Source: Candidatus Eiseniibacteriota bacterium
GTDB lineage: Bacteria; Eisenbacteria; RBG-16-71-46; CAZAMP01
Assembly: GCA_965224245.1 (NCBI GenBank)
Contig: OZ245046.1
Span: forward strand, 2,592,001-2,656,000
Reading direction: 5' to 3'
Length of the DNA: 64,000 nucleotides
In this document: in pieces, positions 30,922-41,088 of the stretch
How the letters are laid out: the number at the start of each line of letters is the position of its first letter
How positions within the stretch are numbered: position 1 is the stretch's first letter
Notes under the pieces: generated by a model
What the model was told of the DNA's origin: nothing
What the model saw: the letters and a program-made list of their open reading frames with translations, nothing else
Databases searched by the model: none
Program-made: the position numbers and the translations under genes

Positions 30922-31818
30922 TCACTCTACCGCGAAGCGGCGAGACACGCCGAGCGTCCAGGCGTCTCCGCCGGTCACGTTCCGGGCCTCCAGGACGCCG
31001 ACGTGCCCGACCTCGAGCGTGGTCTCGCCGGCGATCGCGAACCACAGGGTGGCGTCGAGACGCACCTGACGGCTGTCGTATGCGAACAGCTCGGTCCGGC
31101 TCGCGTCGGTGGGAAGCTCGAAGGCGTGCTGCCCGTCCAGCTTCAGCCGGACGCCGGCGTCCTCGAACACCGACACGCCGGCCTCGACCATGTACACCCA
31201 GGCGTCGCCGGGATCCTCGGCCCGGTGGCGGTATCCGGCCTCGACCCCCAGATAGCCGGGGATCCCGAGGGACCACAGCGAGGCTCCCACGAGGGCGCGG
31301 GCATCCACGTCGAGCTGCCCGTCGCCCAGCGGCGGCACGGCCCGGTCGTCGTAGAACGTGGGGACGTCCAGGCGGACCTGGAGTGACCGGACGACGGTGG
31401 AGCCGCCCAGCCCCACCTTGAGTCCCACGGCGAGGTCGCCGAGCCCCCGGGTCGTCGCGTCCTCGAGGTCGGTCTCCAGCCGGGCCCGCTTGGCCAGGAT
31501 CGCGACGTTCAGCTCGACGTTCCGCTCGATCCCCATCGCGACGTACACCGCGGCGTAGCTCTCCTCGTAGCGGCCGCCGTCGGGGAGCGGCTGGCGCTCG
31601 CCGTCGAAGTCGCGCCAGTGCCGGGTGGCCGAGGCGGCGATCCCGATGCGAGCGTACGCCTCGTCGGGGGGCGTGACCCAGGCGCCGGCGCGGGCATCCG
31701 GCACGGATCCGAAGGCCCCGCCGACCGCCCCGGCGACCGCGATCAGCCAGCGAGCGCGGGGCCGCCCGCAATCGGCGGGGCGGGGGGGTTGCGTATCGGT
31801 GTCCTCACGACGTTTCAT
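30922..31818 (-). CDS. Hypothetical exported protein, probably an outer-membrane beta-barrel
   Basis: Ala/Gly-rich signal region ending ARA-GAW; amphipathic beta-strand pattern; GLGDLAVG; ends LGVSRRFAVE. Confidence 0.6.
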   Translation of the reverse strand: MKRREDTDTQPPRPADCGRPRARWLIAVAGAVGGAFGSVPDARAGAWVTPPDEAYARIGIAASATRHWRDFDGERQPLPDGGRYEESYAAVYVAMGIERNVELNVAILAKRARLETDLEDATTRGLGDLAVGLKVGLGGSTVVRSLQVRLDVPTFYDDRAVPPLGDGQLDVDARALVGASLWSLGIPGYLGVEAGYRHRAEDPGDAWVYMVEAGVSVFEDAGVRLKLDGQHAFELPTDASRTELFAYDSRQVRLDATLWFAIAGETTLEVGHVGVLEARNVTGGDAWTLGVSRRFAVE

Positions 31819-31925
31819 TGGCCCCTCGGGCGCTCTGCGACACGGTCCGGGATACAGCGGTTGGATGCGACAGGGGCGCGCGGGTCGCGCCGGTTCACTC
31901 ACGTCGACGAAAGGCGCGGACTCCG

Positions 31926-33086
31926 ATGTTCCCCACCGATCTCGAACCCGACGACCACACCGATCTCGTGGCCATCCGGCGCGATCTGCACCGCCACCCC
32001 GAGCTCGCGTTCGAGGAGACCCGGACCTCGGCGCTGGTCGCCGATCGACTGCGCGAGTGGGACTATAGTCCCGTGGTCGGGGCGGGCAAGACCGGCGTGG
32101 TGACCCTGCTGGAGGGCCGGTCCGATGGTCCCTGCGTGCTCGTGCGCGCCGACATCGACGCGCTCCCGATCCGGGAGGAGACCCCGGTCCCGTTCGCGTC
32201 GAGCGTGTCGGGCAAGATGCACGCGTGCGGCCACGACGCCCACACCGCGATCGCCCTGACCGCGGCGCGAATCTGGAAGCGGCTCCCGGCACCGCCCAGA
32301 GGCCGGATCAAGTGGGTGTTCCAGCCGGCCGAGGAGATCGGCGAGGGCGCCAGGGCCATGATCGCCGACGGCGTGCTGGAGAGCCCGAAGGTCGACGCGG
32401 CGTTCGGCCTCCACGTGTGGTCGCAGCTCGAGGTCGGCAAGATCATGGTGACCCCTGGCTCGTTCATGGCCGCGGTGGACGAGGTCCGGATCGACGTGAA
32501 CGGGCGCGGGGGGCACGGCGCAGAGCCCCATCGGGCACGAGACCCCGTCCTGGCCGCCGCCCACGTGGTGACCGCGCTCCAGCAGATCGCCTCGCGCCGC
32601 ACCGATCCCAATCAGGCCGTCGTGGTCACGATCGCCTCGATCCACGCCGGCGACGCGTTCAACGTGATCCCCGACTCGGCCCGCATCGAAGGCACGCTCC
32701 GTTGCTACGACGACGACACCTGGACCGTGCTACCCCGGTGGGTCGAGGAGATCGCGACGCACGTCGCGGCGGGGTTCGGATGCGAGGCCCGGGTGAGCAT
32801 CGTCCGCCGGACGCGTCCGACGATCAACGACCCCGAGATGGCCGCGCTCGCGCGAGAGGTGGCCGTGGAGCTGGTAGGCGAGGACAACGTCGTCACCGGC
32901 AAGACCATGGGGGGCGAGGACTTCAGCGAGTTCCTGGCCCACGTGCCCGGGTGCTTCGTCTTCGTGGGAGCGGGCGGCCCAGAGCGCGAGCCCCATCACT
33001 CGCCGCGGTTCGACCTCGACGAGCGGGCGTTCCCGCTCGGGGTCCGGCTCCTGGGGAGGCTGGCCGAGCAATACCTCGCGCGCTGA
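31926..33086 (+). CDS. M20 family amidohydrolase
   Basis: LHRHPELAFEE, RADIDALP, MHACGHDAH, FQPAEE, GGEDF, HHSPRF. Confidence 0.93.
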   Translation: MFPTDLEPDDHTDLVAIRRDLHRHPELAFEETRTSALVADRLREWDYSPVVGAGKTGVVTLLEGRSDGPCVLVRADIDALPIREETPVPFASSVSGKMHACGHDAHTAIALTAARIWKRLPAPPRGRIKWVFQPAEEIGEGARAMIADGVLESPKVDAAFGLHVWSQLEVGKIMVTPGSFMAAVDEVRIDVNGRGGHGAEPHRARDPVLAAAHVVTALQQIASRRTDPNQAVVVTIASIHAGDAFNVIPDSARIEGTLRCYDDDTWTVLPRWVEEIATHVAAGFGCEARVSIVRRTRPTINDPEMAALAREVAVELVGEDNVVTGKTMGGEDFSEFLAHVPGCFVFVGAGGPEREPHHSPRFDLDERAFPLGVRLLGRLAEQYLAR

Positions 33087-33142
33087 GTCCTCGCCACGCT
33101 GACGATCGGCTCGCGAGGGGGTCCCACACGGACCCCAGGCCA

Positions 33143-33172
33143 TTGACACACTTTGATTTCGGGCGCTAGGCT
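33143..33172 (+). promoter_or_regulatory. Candidate sigma70 promoter
   Basis: TTGACA-N18-TAGGCT upstream of the 33344 CDS. Confidence 0.55.
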
Positions 33173-33343
33173 CGGGCGTCGCGGTTTCCCCATTCCGGGC
33201 GCGGGGGTGGCGTCCGAAACGTCGGCTTGCCCCGCGCGTCCCATCCCGAATCGAACCACGGTTCGGTCGGGTGCGGCCGCGTCGATCGACTCCTGGAGGG
33301 TCATCCCGTCCCGGAGTGCCGGCTTCGTGAAGGAGGACCTCCC

Positions 33344-34240
33344 ATGCGGTTCGCGAACGGGTGGAGCGTCGCCCTGTGCGCGCTCGCGACGTGCGCCGCG
33401 CTCGGCGGCGTCGCCCACGCTCAGATCAGCAGCAACCTCGGCGGGCTCACGTCCGAGAACGTCGAGGGCTATCTGGAGCCGTTGCCGAAGGCGCTCTCGG
33501 GGACGCTGAACCTCGCCGTGTTCGACGGCGCCGACATCCCGCTGGCCGGACTGAACGTCTCGCTCGGCGTCAAGGCCATGGCGGTCGGGTTCGACGACGA
33601 GGATCGCGTCTACCGTCCGAGCGTGCCGGATGGCTTCCAGACCGGCGACGTCTCCACCGTGGTCGGCGACGGCGAGTCCACGTACCTCGAGGGCGACGGC
33701 GGGCTCCAGATCGGCTTCCCCGGTGGGCTCGACATCGAGACGTTCGCGGTGGCGGTCCCGCAGCTCACGGTCGGTTCCGTTCTGGGAACCCGGGCGGTCA
33801 TCCGCTACATCGCCGTCGAGCTGGACGACACGGAGCTGGGCGATCTCGAGCTGATCGGCTACGGGCTCCAGCACTCGATCTCGCAGTACCTCGGACCGCT
33901 CTTCCCGGTCAACATCGCCGCGGGCTTCTTCATCCAGAGCTTCAAGGTCGGCGAGGATCTGATCGAGTCGGACGCGCTGCACCTGAACGTGATGGGCTCG
34001 AAGAGCTTCGGCACGTTCGAGCCGTACGTGGGGCTCGGGTTCGACAGCTACACGTTCGACGTCTCGTACGACGACACGCTCGACGACACCGACGAGATGG
34101 TGAAGGTGGAGTTCTCCAGCGAGAACGACTTCCACGCGACGCTCGGCGTCGCCGCGCACTTCGCACTGGTCCACACGCACCTCGAGCTGACGTCGGCCGC
34201 CTCGCTCGGCCTCGCGTTCGGCTTGCGGGTCGGTCTCTAG
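33344..34240 (+). CDS. Hypothetical exported beta-barrel-like protein (resembles DUF6588-type proteins)
   Basis: AAGGAGG RBS, signal peptide ending AHA-Q, VPQLTVG, GYGLQHSISQY, beta-strand C-terminus. Confidence 0.65.
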   Translation: MRFANGWSVALCALATCAALGGVAHAQISSNLGGLTSENVEGYLEPLPKALSGTLNLAVFDGADIPLAGLNVSLGVKAMAVGFDDEDRVYRPSVPDGFQTGDVSTVVGDGESTYLEGDGGLQIGFPGGLDIETFAVAVPQLTVGSVLGTRAVIRYIAVELDDTELGDLELIGYGLQHSISQYLGPLFPVNIAAGFFIQSFKVGEDLIESDALHLNVMGSKSFGTFEPYVGLGFDSYTFDVSYDDTLDDTDEMVKVEFSSENDFHATLGVAAHFALVHTHLELTSAASLGLAFGLRVGL

Positions 34241-34259
34241 CGGGCGAACGGAGGACATC

Positions 34260-34922
34260 ATGACGCGATCCACAGCGTTCCGCTTCGGGCTGTTCGCCCT
34301 GGTGACGGCGACCCTGGTCGGCGCGAAGTGCCCGACGATCCCCGAGCTGAAGGACAAGATCGTCAAGCTGGTCGTCAGCGAGTCGATCGACGAGGACTTC
34401 CACGCGGACGGCACGATCAACGAGGAGACCGACGAGCAGGAGGTCTCGCTCGATCAGATCATCGACCTCGACGACCTCCTCGACATCGAGACACTGGCCG
34501 CGGACGCCGGCACCGATCTCGACGAGGTCAACTCGGTCACGCTCCAGCAGGTCCTGGTGCGCACCAAGACCCCCGATCCCCACCCCGACCGCGCGCTGGT
34601 GGACGCGACCGTCGGCGTGAGCATCACGATCGACGGCGCGCGCGGTGAGCTCGTCCCGCTCGTGACCGCGTACGACATCCCGGTCGTCAACGCGGTGACC
34701 GAGTTCATCCCGGTGCCCGTCGATCCGGCCGGCGTGGCCGAGATCAACGAGGCGCTGGCGACGTACCTCGAGGGCGCCAAGAGCGGCGTCTTGCCCGCGG
34801 TGACGCTCACGTACAGCTGGTACGGCGTGTCGACGCCGACCGAGTTCGACACCGACTACGACTGGACCCTTCGCCTCGTGATCGACGTCGACACGAGCCT
34901 GGAGGTCACGATCATCGGCTGA
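34260..34922 (+). CDS. Hypothetical acidic protein, possible lipoprotein
   Basis: GGAGG RBS; hydrophobic leader ending LVGAK-C; very Asp/Glu-rich. Confidence 0.6.
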   Translation: MTRSTAFRFGLFALVTATLVGAKCPTIPELKDKIVKLVVSESIDEDFHADGTINEETDEQEVSLDQIIDLDDLLDIETLAADAGTDLDEVNSVTLQQVLVRTKTPDPHPDRALVDATVGVSITIDGARGELVPLVTAYDIPVVNAVTEFIPVPVDPAGVAEINEALATYLEGAKSGVLPAVTLTYSWYGVSTPTEFDTDYDWTLRLVIDVDTSLEVTIIG

Positions 34923-35112
34923 CGTGGCCGTGCCGAGGCGCGGGCGCGCACCGGCGCGAGCGCGATGATCGAGCTCGATCCCGACGAGACGGCGACCGGA
35001 GCCGGACGGCCGGCCCGACGCGCGCCGAGGTTACTCGCCGTCGCGTCGGGGGCATGCTAGGGTCCTCGCGGCCTGCCGCCGCCGACCGAACGAGCCGCGA
35101 GGAATCCCCACG

Positions 35113-35646
35113 ATGAAGATCCAGCGTCTCCACATTCTCGTCCCGGGCCGGGCGTGCACGTTCGGAGCGGCGCTCGTGATCGGGACCGCCCCCGGCGCGT
35201 CGGCGGATTCGCTCGGCGCCGGGGGACCGTCCCTCGGCGTGTTCGCGTCGGCGGATGCGCGGGATCTCGGCACCCGAGACGGCGATCCGGCACGCTGGGG
35301 CGGCTACGTCCGGATCGGGGTCGTGCCGGGCCTCGGGCTCGAGATGTCGGGCATCGCCCAGCGAGACGGCACCGATCGGGTCGAGGTCTACACGGCCAAC
35401 GTGCTCATCGGGGCGAGTGGCGGCGGTCCCGGCGTGTTCGCATTCGCCGGCTATGGGCGAGCGCGGGTGAAGGGACGACCGGCCACCGAGACGCCGGCCT
35501 ACACGCTGGGGGCGGCCGCGCGGATCGCGGCGATCGGGTTTCCGCTGGCGCTCGAGGTCGGGGGGCGCTACTCCTTCGTGGACGTGGTCGACTCCGACGC
35601 GATGACGTTCACGCAGCTCTTCTTCGGCCTGGACGTCGGCTTCTGA
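35113..35646 (+). CDS. Hypothetical small outer-membrane beta-barrel protein
   Basis: GAGG RBS, signal peptide, alternating beta strands, C-terminal FFGLDVGF. Confidence 0.6.
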   Translation: MKIQRLHILVPGRACTFGAALVIGTAPGASADSLGAGGPSLGVFASADARDLGTRDGDPARWGGYVRIGVVPGLGLEMSGIAQRDGTDRVEVYTANVLIGASGGGPGVFAFAGYGRARVKGRPATETPAYTLGAAARIAAIGFPLALEVGGRYSFVDVVDSDAMTFTQLFFGLDVGF

Positions 35647-35710
35647 GCACGACCTCGGCCGCGTCTCCCCACCTCGGTCGCGACCGGCCGCGCCGGGCAC
35701 GACGCCGGCG

Positions 35711-36841
35711 TCAGCGCCCCTCGGCGAATCGCGCCCGCTGCCCCGCGTAGTACGCGTCGTCGGGCTCGAGCGCACAGGCCCGGCCGATGACCTCGAGCGC
35801 GCTCACCGGATCTCCGCGCCGGTAGTACACCTCGGCCAGCGTGTCGAGGATCGCGGCGTCGTCGGGCGCCAGCTCCACCGCGCGGGCGGCCGCCCGAAGG
35901 GCCTCGTCCAGGTGGACGTCGTTGATCGCGCAGTACCAGGCCAGCGCGTTGAGCGTGGTCGCCGACGCGTCGTCGTCGGCCAGGGCCGCCGTCAGCGCGG
36001 ATCCGACTCGCGCGCGCTCGCGCGCGGCCGAGGCCGTGTCGCCGGCGGCCTCGTAGGCCTCCGCGTATCGCATGTGGGCGCGAAGCAGATCGGACGCCTG
36101 GTGGATCCGGAACACGCGCCGGAGCTCGGCGATGGGCGTCGGGTGATCCTCCACCCGGAGGTCCACGTAGCGCGTGCGGTACTCGGGGTAAGTGTCGCTC
36201 TCGCGCACGACGAGGAGCGCCGCTGACTGCTGGCCACGGCGATCCCCCCCGGCGCCCTGTCCCGCCTCGAGCGCGGCCAGGAGACGCTCGGCCAGATCGC
36301 CCTCGGTGGACTGGAACGCGACCAGCATGTCGCGGACCACGTCGGACCCGGCGAGGATGTTGCCCTGCACGGACACGTCGACGGCCATGCTGTCGCCCGC
36401 CCACGCGCCGCAGCCCTCACCGGTGTGTGCCGCAACGCGACCGGCCGCGTCGATGATCCCGACCTGCCTCTCCTCGGGCGCGTCGTCGTGAGCCAGGAGC
36501 ATCGACAGCGCATCCGGCGCCCCGATGCCCGATCGCATCATCGCCAGCCCGCGCGGTCCGAACGACTCGTTCGTGCGGGACTGGGTCGCGATCGCGCCCA
36601 CGCCGGCCTCGGCCCACGGCACGCCCCCGCCGACGCTGAACGCACGGGACTGGACGGCCACACCGAGCTCGCCGGTCTCGGGGTCCCGGGCGACGATCGA
36701 GAACGTTCCCGTCGGGTCCTCGGCACGGGCCGGCGCCCCGAGCGACGAGACGACCAGCGCCACGAGTGCGACGGCGCGCCCCCGCCTCGCGATCCCCATT
36801 GTCGAACCCGAGGACGGACGCATCCACACGAGCGCGATCAT
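35711..36841 (-). CDS. DUF1028 (Ntn-hydrolase-like) protein with C-terminal TPR
   Basis: TFSIVARD, ELGVAVQS, VQGNIL, GGDRRGQQSAAL, DLRVEDH; TPR LNALAW...ILDTLAEVYY; ATGA overlap with the sppA stop. Confidence 0.88.
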   Translation of the reverse strand: MIALVWMRPSSGSTMGIARRGRAVALVALVVSSLGAPARAEDPTGTFSIVARDPETGELGVAVQSRAFSVGGGVPWAEAGVGAIATQSRTNESFGPRGLAMMRSGIGAPDALSMLLAHDDAPEERQVGIIDAAGRVAAHTGEGCGAWAGDSMAVDVSVQGNILAGSDVVRDMLVAFQSTEGDLAERLLAALEAGQGAGGDRRGQQSAALLVVRESDTYPEYRTRYVDLRVEDHPTPIAELRRVFRIHQASDLLRAHMRYAEAYEAAGDTASAARERARVGSALTAALADDDASATTLNALAWYCAINDVHLDEALRAAARAVELAPDDAAILDTLAEVYYRRGDPVSALEVIGRACALEPDDAYYAGQRARFAEGR

Positions 36842-39603
36842 TCGGACTCCTCTCCAACGCCCGGTCCGAGGTACTCGGGCGGCGTCATCAGCAACGGCCG
36901 GCCCGACGCACGCAGGACGGCCTCCAGGTACGTGAGCACGCCCGGCCCGAGACCGAGCGCCGACCAGTCCACCGGACCCGCGGGTGCCACGGACGCAGCC
37001 GCCGGTGCCGCGGATGGAGGCGCCGGCCCGAGATCGGACGGCGAATCGACTCCGGCGAGCCCGGGACGCAGGTCGCCTCCGGGCAGCGGATCCGGGAGAT
37101 CGCCGCGCGTGGCCCCCAGTGCACGGCTGGCCTCCCGGAGCGGCCAGGGCAGCGCCGCGGCGAGGCGGATCGGCAGGGGGAGCGTGGGCACGAGCGACGG
37201 CCACTCGAAGAGCCTTCGCGGCGGGTACTCGACGACGCGCACGTCGTCCCGCTCGCGATCCAGTCCGGCCCCCGCGATCGCCTCGTCCACGGCCGACTCG
37301 AGCGTACCGAATCGATCACAGAGCCCGCGATCGATCGCGTCGCCGCCCATCCACACGCGCCCCTCTCCCGCCGCACGCACGTCGGCCTCGCGAAGCCCCC
37401 GCGTCTCGGCCACGTTCGCGACGAACCGATCGTACAGCCGCATGAACCGGTCGCGCACGATCGCGCGCTCGGCGTCGTCCATCGGGCGCGTCGGGAGCGG
37501 AAGCGGCACGTAGGGAAAGCGGATCCCGGTCGCGAGGTCGGCATGGCGCCCGCGCTGGACCCCGTCGGCGCTGACACCCAGCTTCTCACCGAGGCCGTCG
37601 TCGTAGGCCCAGCCCCCGATCACCCCGATCGAGCCGGTCACCGTGAACGGCGTGGTCAGGATCGGGTCGCCGGGGGCGCTGATCCAGTACCCGCCGGATG
37701 CCGCCACGCTGCCCTGACTGACCACGCACGGCTTGCCGCGCTCGCCGACCTTCCGAAGCCCCTCGGCGACGAGGTCCGAGGGCAGGGGATCGCCGCCGGG
37801 AGAGTCGGCACGCAGCACCACGGCCGCGACCGAGCGGCGCGACGCGGCCCGCCGGAGAAACGCCGACGTGGCGCGACCGCGAATGCCGGTGTCCATCGCG
37901 CAGGCGCCCCGCGCATACACGAGCGCGATCTCGGGGCGTGGCCCCCATCGGATGTTCGGCAGCGACCGGCGCGACCGATCGTCCGGCCGACCGGCGATCC
38001 GGGCACCGTCGCGGTCGGCGGCGATCCAGCGGGCGAGGTCGTCGTACCGCCCGAGCACGTCCACCAGCCCGCGCTCGAGGGCCACGTCCGCGGTCAAGAC
38101 CGCCTCGTCGTCGACGATGCGATCGAACGCGCCCGGGGTCAGGCCGCGCCCGGCCACGATGCCGTCGCGAACGGTCTCGTACACGACGTCGACGTGGCGC
38201 CCGAGCTGCTCGCGATCCACGTCGGACATGTCGGAGCGCGAGTAGGTCTCGCTGGCCGACTTGTGCGTGAAGAACCGGAACTCCTCGAACCCCACGCCGA
38301 TTTTGTCCAGCGCGCCCTTCAGGTACGTGCGGTACGCGGCGAAGCCGGTGAGCCGCAGGTGACCTTCCGGATCCAGCGAGATGCGGTCGGCCGCCGACGC
38401 GACGTAGTAGCCGATCATCCCCAGCCGATCGGCGTGGACGATCACCTCCTTGCCCCGCCGCCGGAGCTCCAGGAGCTTCTCGCGCAGCTCCCACGCCAGC
38501 GCCGCGCGCGTCCGGAAGCCGGCCAGGTTCAACACGACGCCGCGCGCCCCGGGCTCGTCGGCGATCGCATCGAGCTCCGCGATCAGATCGACCAGGCCGA
38601 CCCGCCGGGCGTCGAACCACTGGTACGGCTGGTAGGTGAGCACGCGGTTCTCGAGCGAGACCGGAACGTACCGCCGCTCGGGGATCACGGCGCGCACCGT
38701 GCGCGCCAGGGGCATCCCCGGGTGCGGCGGGCGATCGCGGAACACGTACCGCGTCCGCAGGCGATCTCCGTCGTCGTCGTAGCGCGGCAGCGCGTGCACG
38801 CCGAAGCCGTCCAGCGTGAGCCCCAGGTTGACCGACACGCTCGCATCCCCGTCCACCGGGCCGTCCATCAGCTTGGCGCCGAGTTGTAGCCCCCGGGTGG
38901 GCTGGATCTCCGCTCCGACGGTCCAGCGAGCGTCTTCGAGACGCTCCCCGCGCGAGAGCGTGCCCGCGCCGAACAGCGTCACCAGCGGCGTTCCGAGCGG
39001 GCGGACGCCGACGTCGACGGCCCCGGTTCGCGCCGAGGACTCGATCGAGAACACCGCCGTCGCCCCGGTGCTCAGCCAGCGATTCGGCCGATGGATCGAC
39101 CCGAGCGCCAGCGCGCGCTCGCGGCCGAGCGAGCGGTCGTCGCCGGCGGCCCATCGGTAGGCCAGGCCGACTGCGGTCGCGCGATCACCGACGGCGGCCC
39201 CGAGCTGCCAGTCGAGAACGTGACCGCGCCGGGTGCCGTCGAGCAACACGGTGCGGCGGTCCATCGCGAGCCCCAGCCCCTGCCCCCAGGCGAACCCCCA
39301 GTCGCGGGATCCGCCGTCGGCGCCCCGCTCGTCCCAGTAGACCGCCGCCTCGCCGACGCCTCCGCCGAGGGCCCACGCGGCCGGGTTGGCGATCGCGCCG
39401 AGCGCGCCCGCGGTCACGCTCGGAACGGCGGGAAGGTCGGCGAACGCCGCGTCGGGGTCGACCAGCTCAGCGCCGGGCTCGCGCGCGACGACCCGCGAGG
39501 GCGCGAGACCGATGGCGAGCACCCACGCGGTGAGCACCCATGCCGGCCTCGCCCGGCAGCGGCCGGCAAAGGGAGGATCGGTCGGCGAAACCGGACTCCG
39601 CAT
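36838..39603 (-). CDS. sppA: Signal peptide peptidase SppA (two S49 domains) with large N-terminal beta-rich domain
   Basis: YYVASAAD, HKSASE, RADSPGG, AASGGYW, TGSIGV, GRVWMG; N-terminal NPAA followed by beta-strand repeats. Start uncertain. Confidence 0.85.
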   Translation of the reverse strand: MRSPVSPTDPPFAGRCRARPAWVLTAWVLAIGLAPSRVVAREPGAELVDPDAAFADLPAVPSVTAGALGAIANPAAWALGGGVGEAAVYWDERGADGGSRDWGFAWGQGLGLAMDRRTVLLDGTRRGHVLDWQLGAAVGDRATAVGLAYRWAAGDDRSLGRERALALGSIHRPNRWLSTGATAVFSIESSARTGAVDVGVRPLGTPLVTLFGAGTLSRGERLEDARWTVGAEIQPTRGLQLGAKLMDGPVDGDASVSVNLGLTLDGFGVHALPRYDDDGDRLRTRYVFRDRPPHPGMPLARTVRAVIPERRYVPVSLENRVLTYQPYQWFDARRVGLVDLIAELDAIADEPGARGVVLNLAGFRTRAALAWELREKLLELRRRGKEVIVHADRLGMIGYYVASAADRISLDPEGHLRLTGFAAYRTYLKGALDKIGVGFEEFRFFTHKSASETYSRSDMSDVDREQLGRHVDVVYETVRDGIVAGRGLTPGAFDRIVDDEAVLTADVALERGLVDVLGRYDDLARWIAADRDGARIAGRPDDRSRRSLPNIRWGPRPEIALVYARGACAMDTGIRGRATSAFLRRAASRRSVAAVVLRADSPGGDPLPSDLVAEGLRKVGERGKPCVVSQGSVAASGGYWISAPGDPILTTPFTVTGSIGVIGGWAYDDGLGEKLGVSADGVQRGRHADLATGIRFPYVPLPLPTRPMDDAERAIVRDRFMRLYDRFVANVAETRGLREADVRAAGEGRVWMGGDAIDRGLCDRFGTLESAVDEAIAGAGLDRERDDVRVVEYPPRRLFEWPSLVPTLPLPIRLAAALPWPLREASRALGATRGDLPDPLPGGDLRPGLAGVDSPSDLGPAPPSAAPAAASVAPAGPVDWSALGLGPGVLTYLEAVLRASGRPLLMTPPEYLGPGVGEESE

Positions 39604-39705
39604 TTGGAAGCACCCCGATCGCATTCGATTGCGTAGACTGCGTGCGAGCCGAGTGCCCCCTCGGGGCGGTCTCGGTGCGGTGAGCGAGATGGAGCCCGAT
39701 GCAGT

Positions 39706-40785
39706 ATGACCAGCCCCGACCGGGATCACCACCCAAACCGGCGGGCGCGACGGCGCCTCCTTTGCGGCGCGCTCGCGTCGCGCCGCGTCGTGCTCGCGAT
39801 CGGGCTCGCCGTCGTGCCGGCGCTCGTGCCGGTGACGCCGGAGCTCGCGAGGGGCGCCCGTACACCCGGGGTCGCGGACCGGGCGACGCCCGATCCCCTC
39901 CCGTGGGGCATCTACGAGATTCTCTGGTCGCCGCGACGCTTCCCAGCGGAGCTGGACCGGACGATCCGGACGCTCGGCGCCTCACCCGACTACGTGCTCT
40001 TCTTCCGCGATCTCGCGCGCCCGTATCCCACGCGTGTCTGCGACGCGATCGTCGCCCGAGGCGCCGTGCCCGTGATCTCGATCGAGGTCGAGCACTGGGG
40101 TGGACCGAGCGAGGGCCGGCTGGACGCGATCGTGGCCGGCGAGTACGACGCGCACTTCCTCCGCTACGCACGCGACGCCCGCGAAGGCGGGCACGGCGCG
40201 TTCCTGCGGTTCGGCTTCGAGATGAACGGCGACTGGTTTCCCTGGGGGGGGCAGCCCGCGACGTTCATCGCCGCGTGGCGCCACCTGCACGAGGTCTTCG
40301 GGCGCGAGGGCCACAGCGGCGTGCGCTGGGTCTGGGCCCCCAACGCGATCAGCGGCCCCGATGCTCCCGACAACGGCATCGAGAAGTACTGGCCGGGGGA
40401 CGACGTCGTCGACGTGATCGGTCTCGATGGCTACAACTTCGGCGACGGGTACAGCCGGTGGCACACCTGGCAGAGCTGCGAGGAGGTCTTCCGCCCGGCG
40501 CTGGACAAGATCGTGGAGTCGGGCGTGCCCCATCCGGTCCTGATCACCGAGTTCGGCTGCACCGACGAGGGCCCACCGGAGCGGCGGGCCGCCTGGATCC
40601 GGGACGCCTACGCCTTCTTCCGGGGCCGCCCGGAGGTCCGGGGCGTCATCTGGTTCAACTTCGACAAGCGGCGGGAACGGGAGCCCAACTGGCGCATCGA
40701 CGCCGACGCGGCCTCTCTGGACGCCTGGCGCTCGACGTTCGGGCGCCCCCCCGACCGCCTCCCGGCCCAGGAGTCGAGCCGGTAA
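39706..40785 (+). CDS. Glycoside hydrolase family 26 protein
   Basis: LRFGFEMNGDWFPW, WVWAPN, YWPGDDVVD, GLDGYN, ITEFG, WFN. Confidence 0.88.
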   Translation: MTSPDRDHHPNRRARRRLLCGALASRRVVLAIGLAVVPALVPVTPELARGARTPGVADRATPDPLPWGIYEILWSPRRFPAELDRTIRTLGASPDYVLFFRDLARPYPTRVCDAIVARGAVPVISIEVEHWGGPSEGRLDAIVAGEYDAHFLRYARDAREGGHGAFLRFGFEMNGDWFPWGGQPATFIAAWRHLHEVFGREGHSGVRWVWAPNAISGPDAPDNGIEKYWPGDDVVDVIGLDGYNFGDGYSRWHTWQSCEEVFRPALDKIVESGVPHPVLITEFGCTDEGPPERRAAWIRDAYAFFRGRPEVRGVIWFNFDKRREREPNWRIDADAASLDAWRSTFGRPPDRLPAQESSR

Positions 40786-40926
40786 ATCGATTCATTGCAA
40801 AATATTACAGCAATCTGATCACAGATCACGCAACGGGTTGACCTCGGAGCGCTTTTCGGACAGGATTTCGCGCCGAGCGTAGCCATCCCCCAGGGCGCCG
40901 CGTCGAAGGTCTCTTGACGCTCCCGG

Positions 40927-41088
40927 GTCCCGTCGGTTAAGGGAAGCGGCGCAATTGCCCGAGACTGTTCAAATGTAGTCCGACGGGACTTCGCGCGTCG
41001 TCCGACCGGACCCCGCGGCGGTCCGGCGGACTTCACGTGCAGTCCGACGCGACGCCGCCGGTCCGCTTCGAGCCCACCACGGGGCTCG
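40927..41088 (+). other. Multi-hairpin structured region upstream of topA
   Basis: Inverted repeats at 40927-36/40980-89, 41006-12/41020-26, 41027-32/41041-46 and 41069-75/41082-88. Confidence 0.45.

Noticed and set aside
40935..40970. TTAAGGGAAGCGGCGCAATTGCCCGAGACTGT resembles the start of a cobalamin riboswitch
   Set aside because: The P4/P5 region is too short, there is no downstream B12 box, and topA is an unlikely target.
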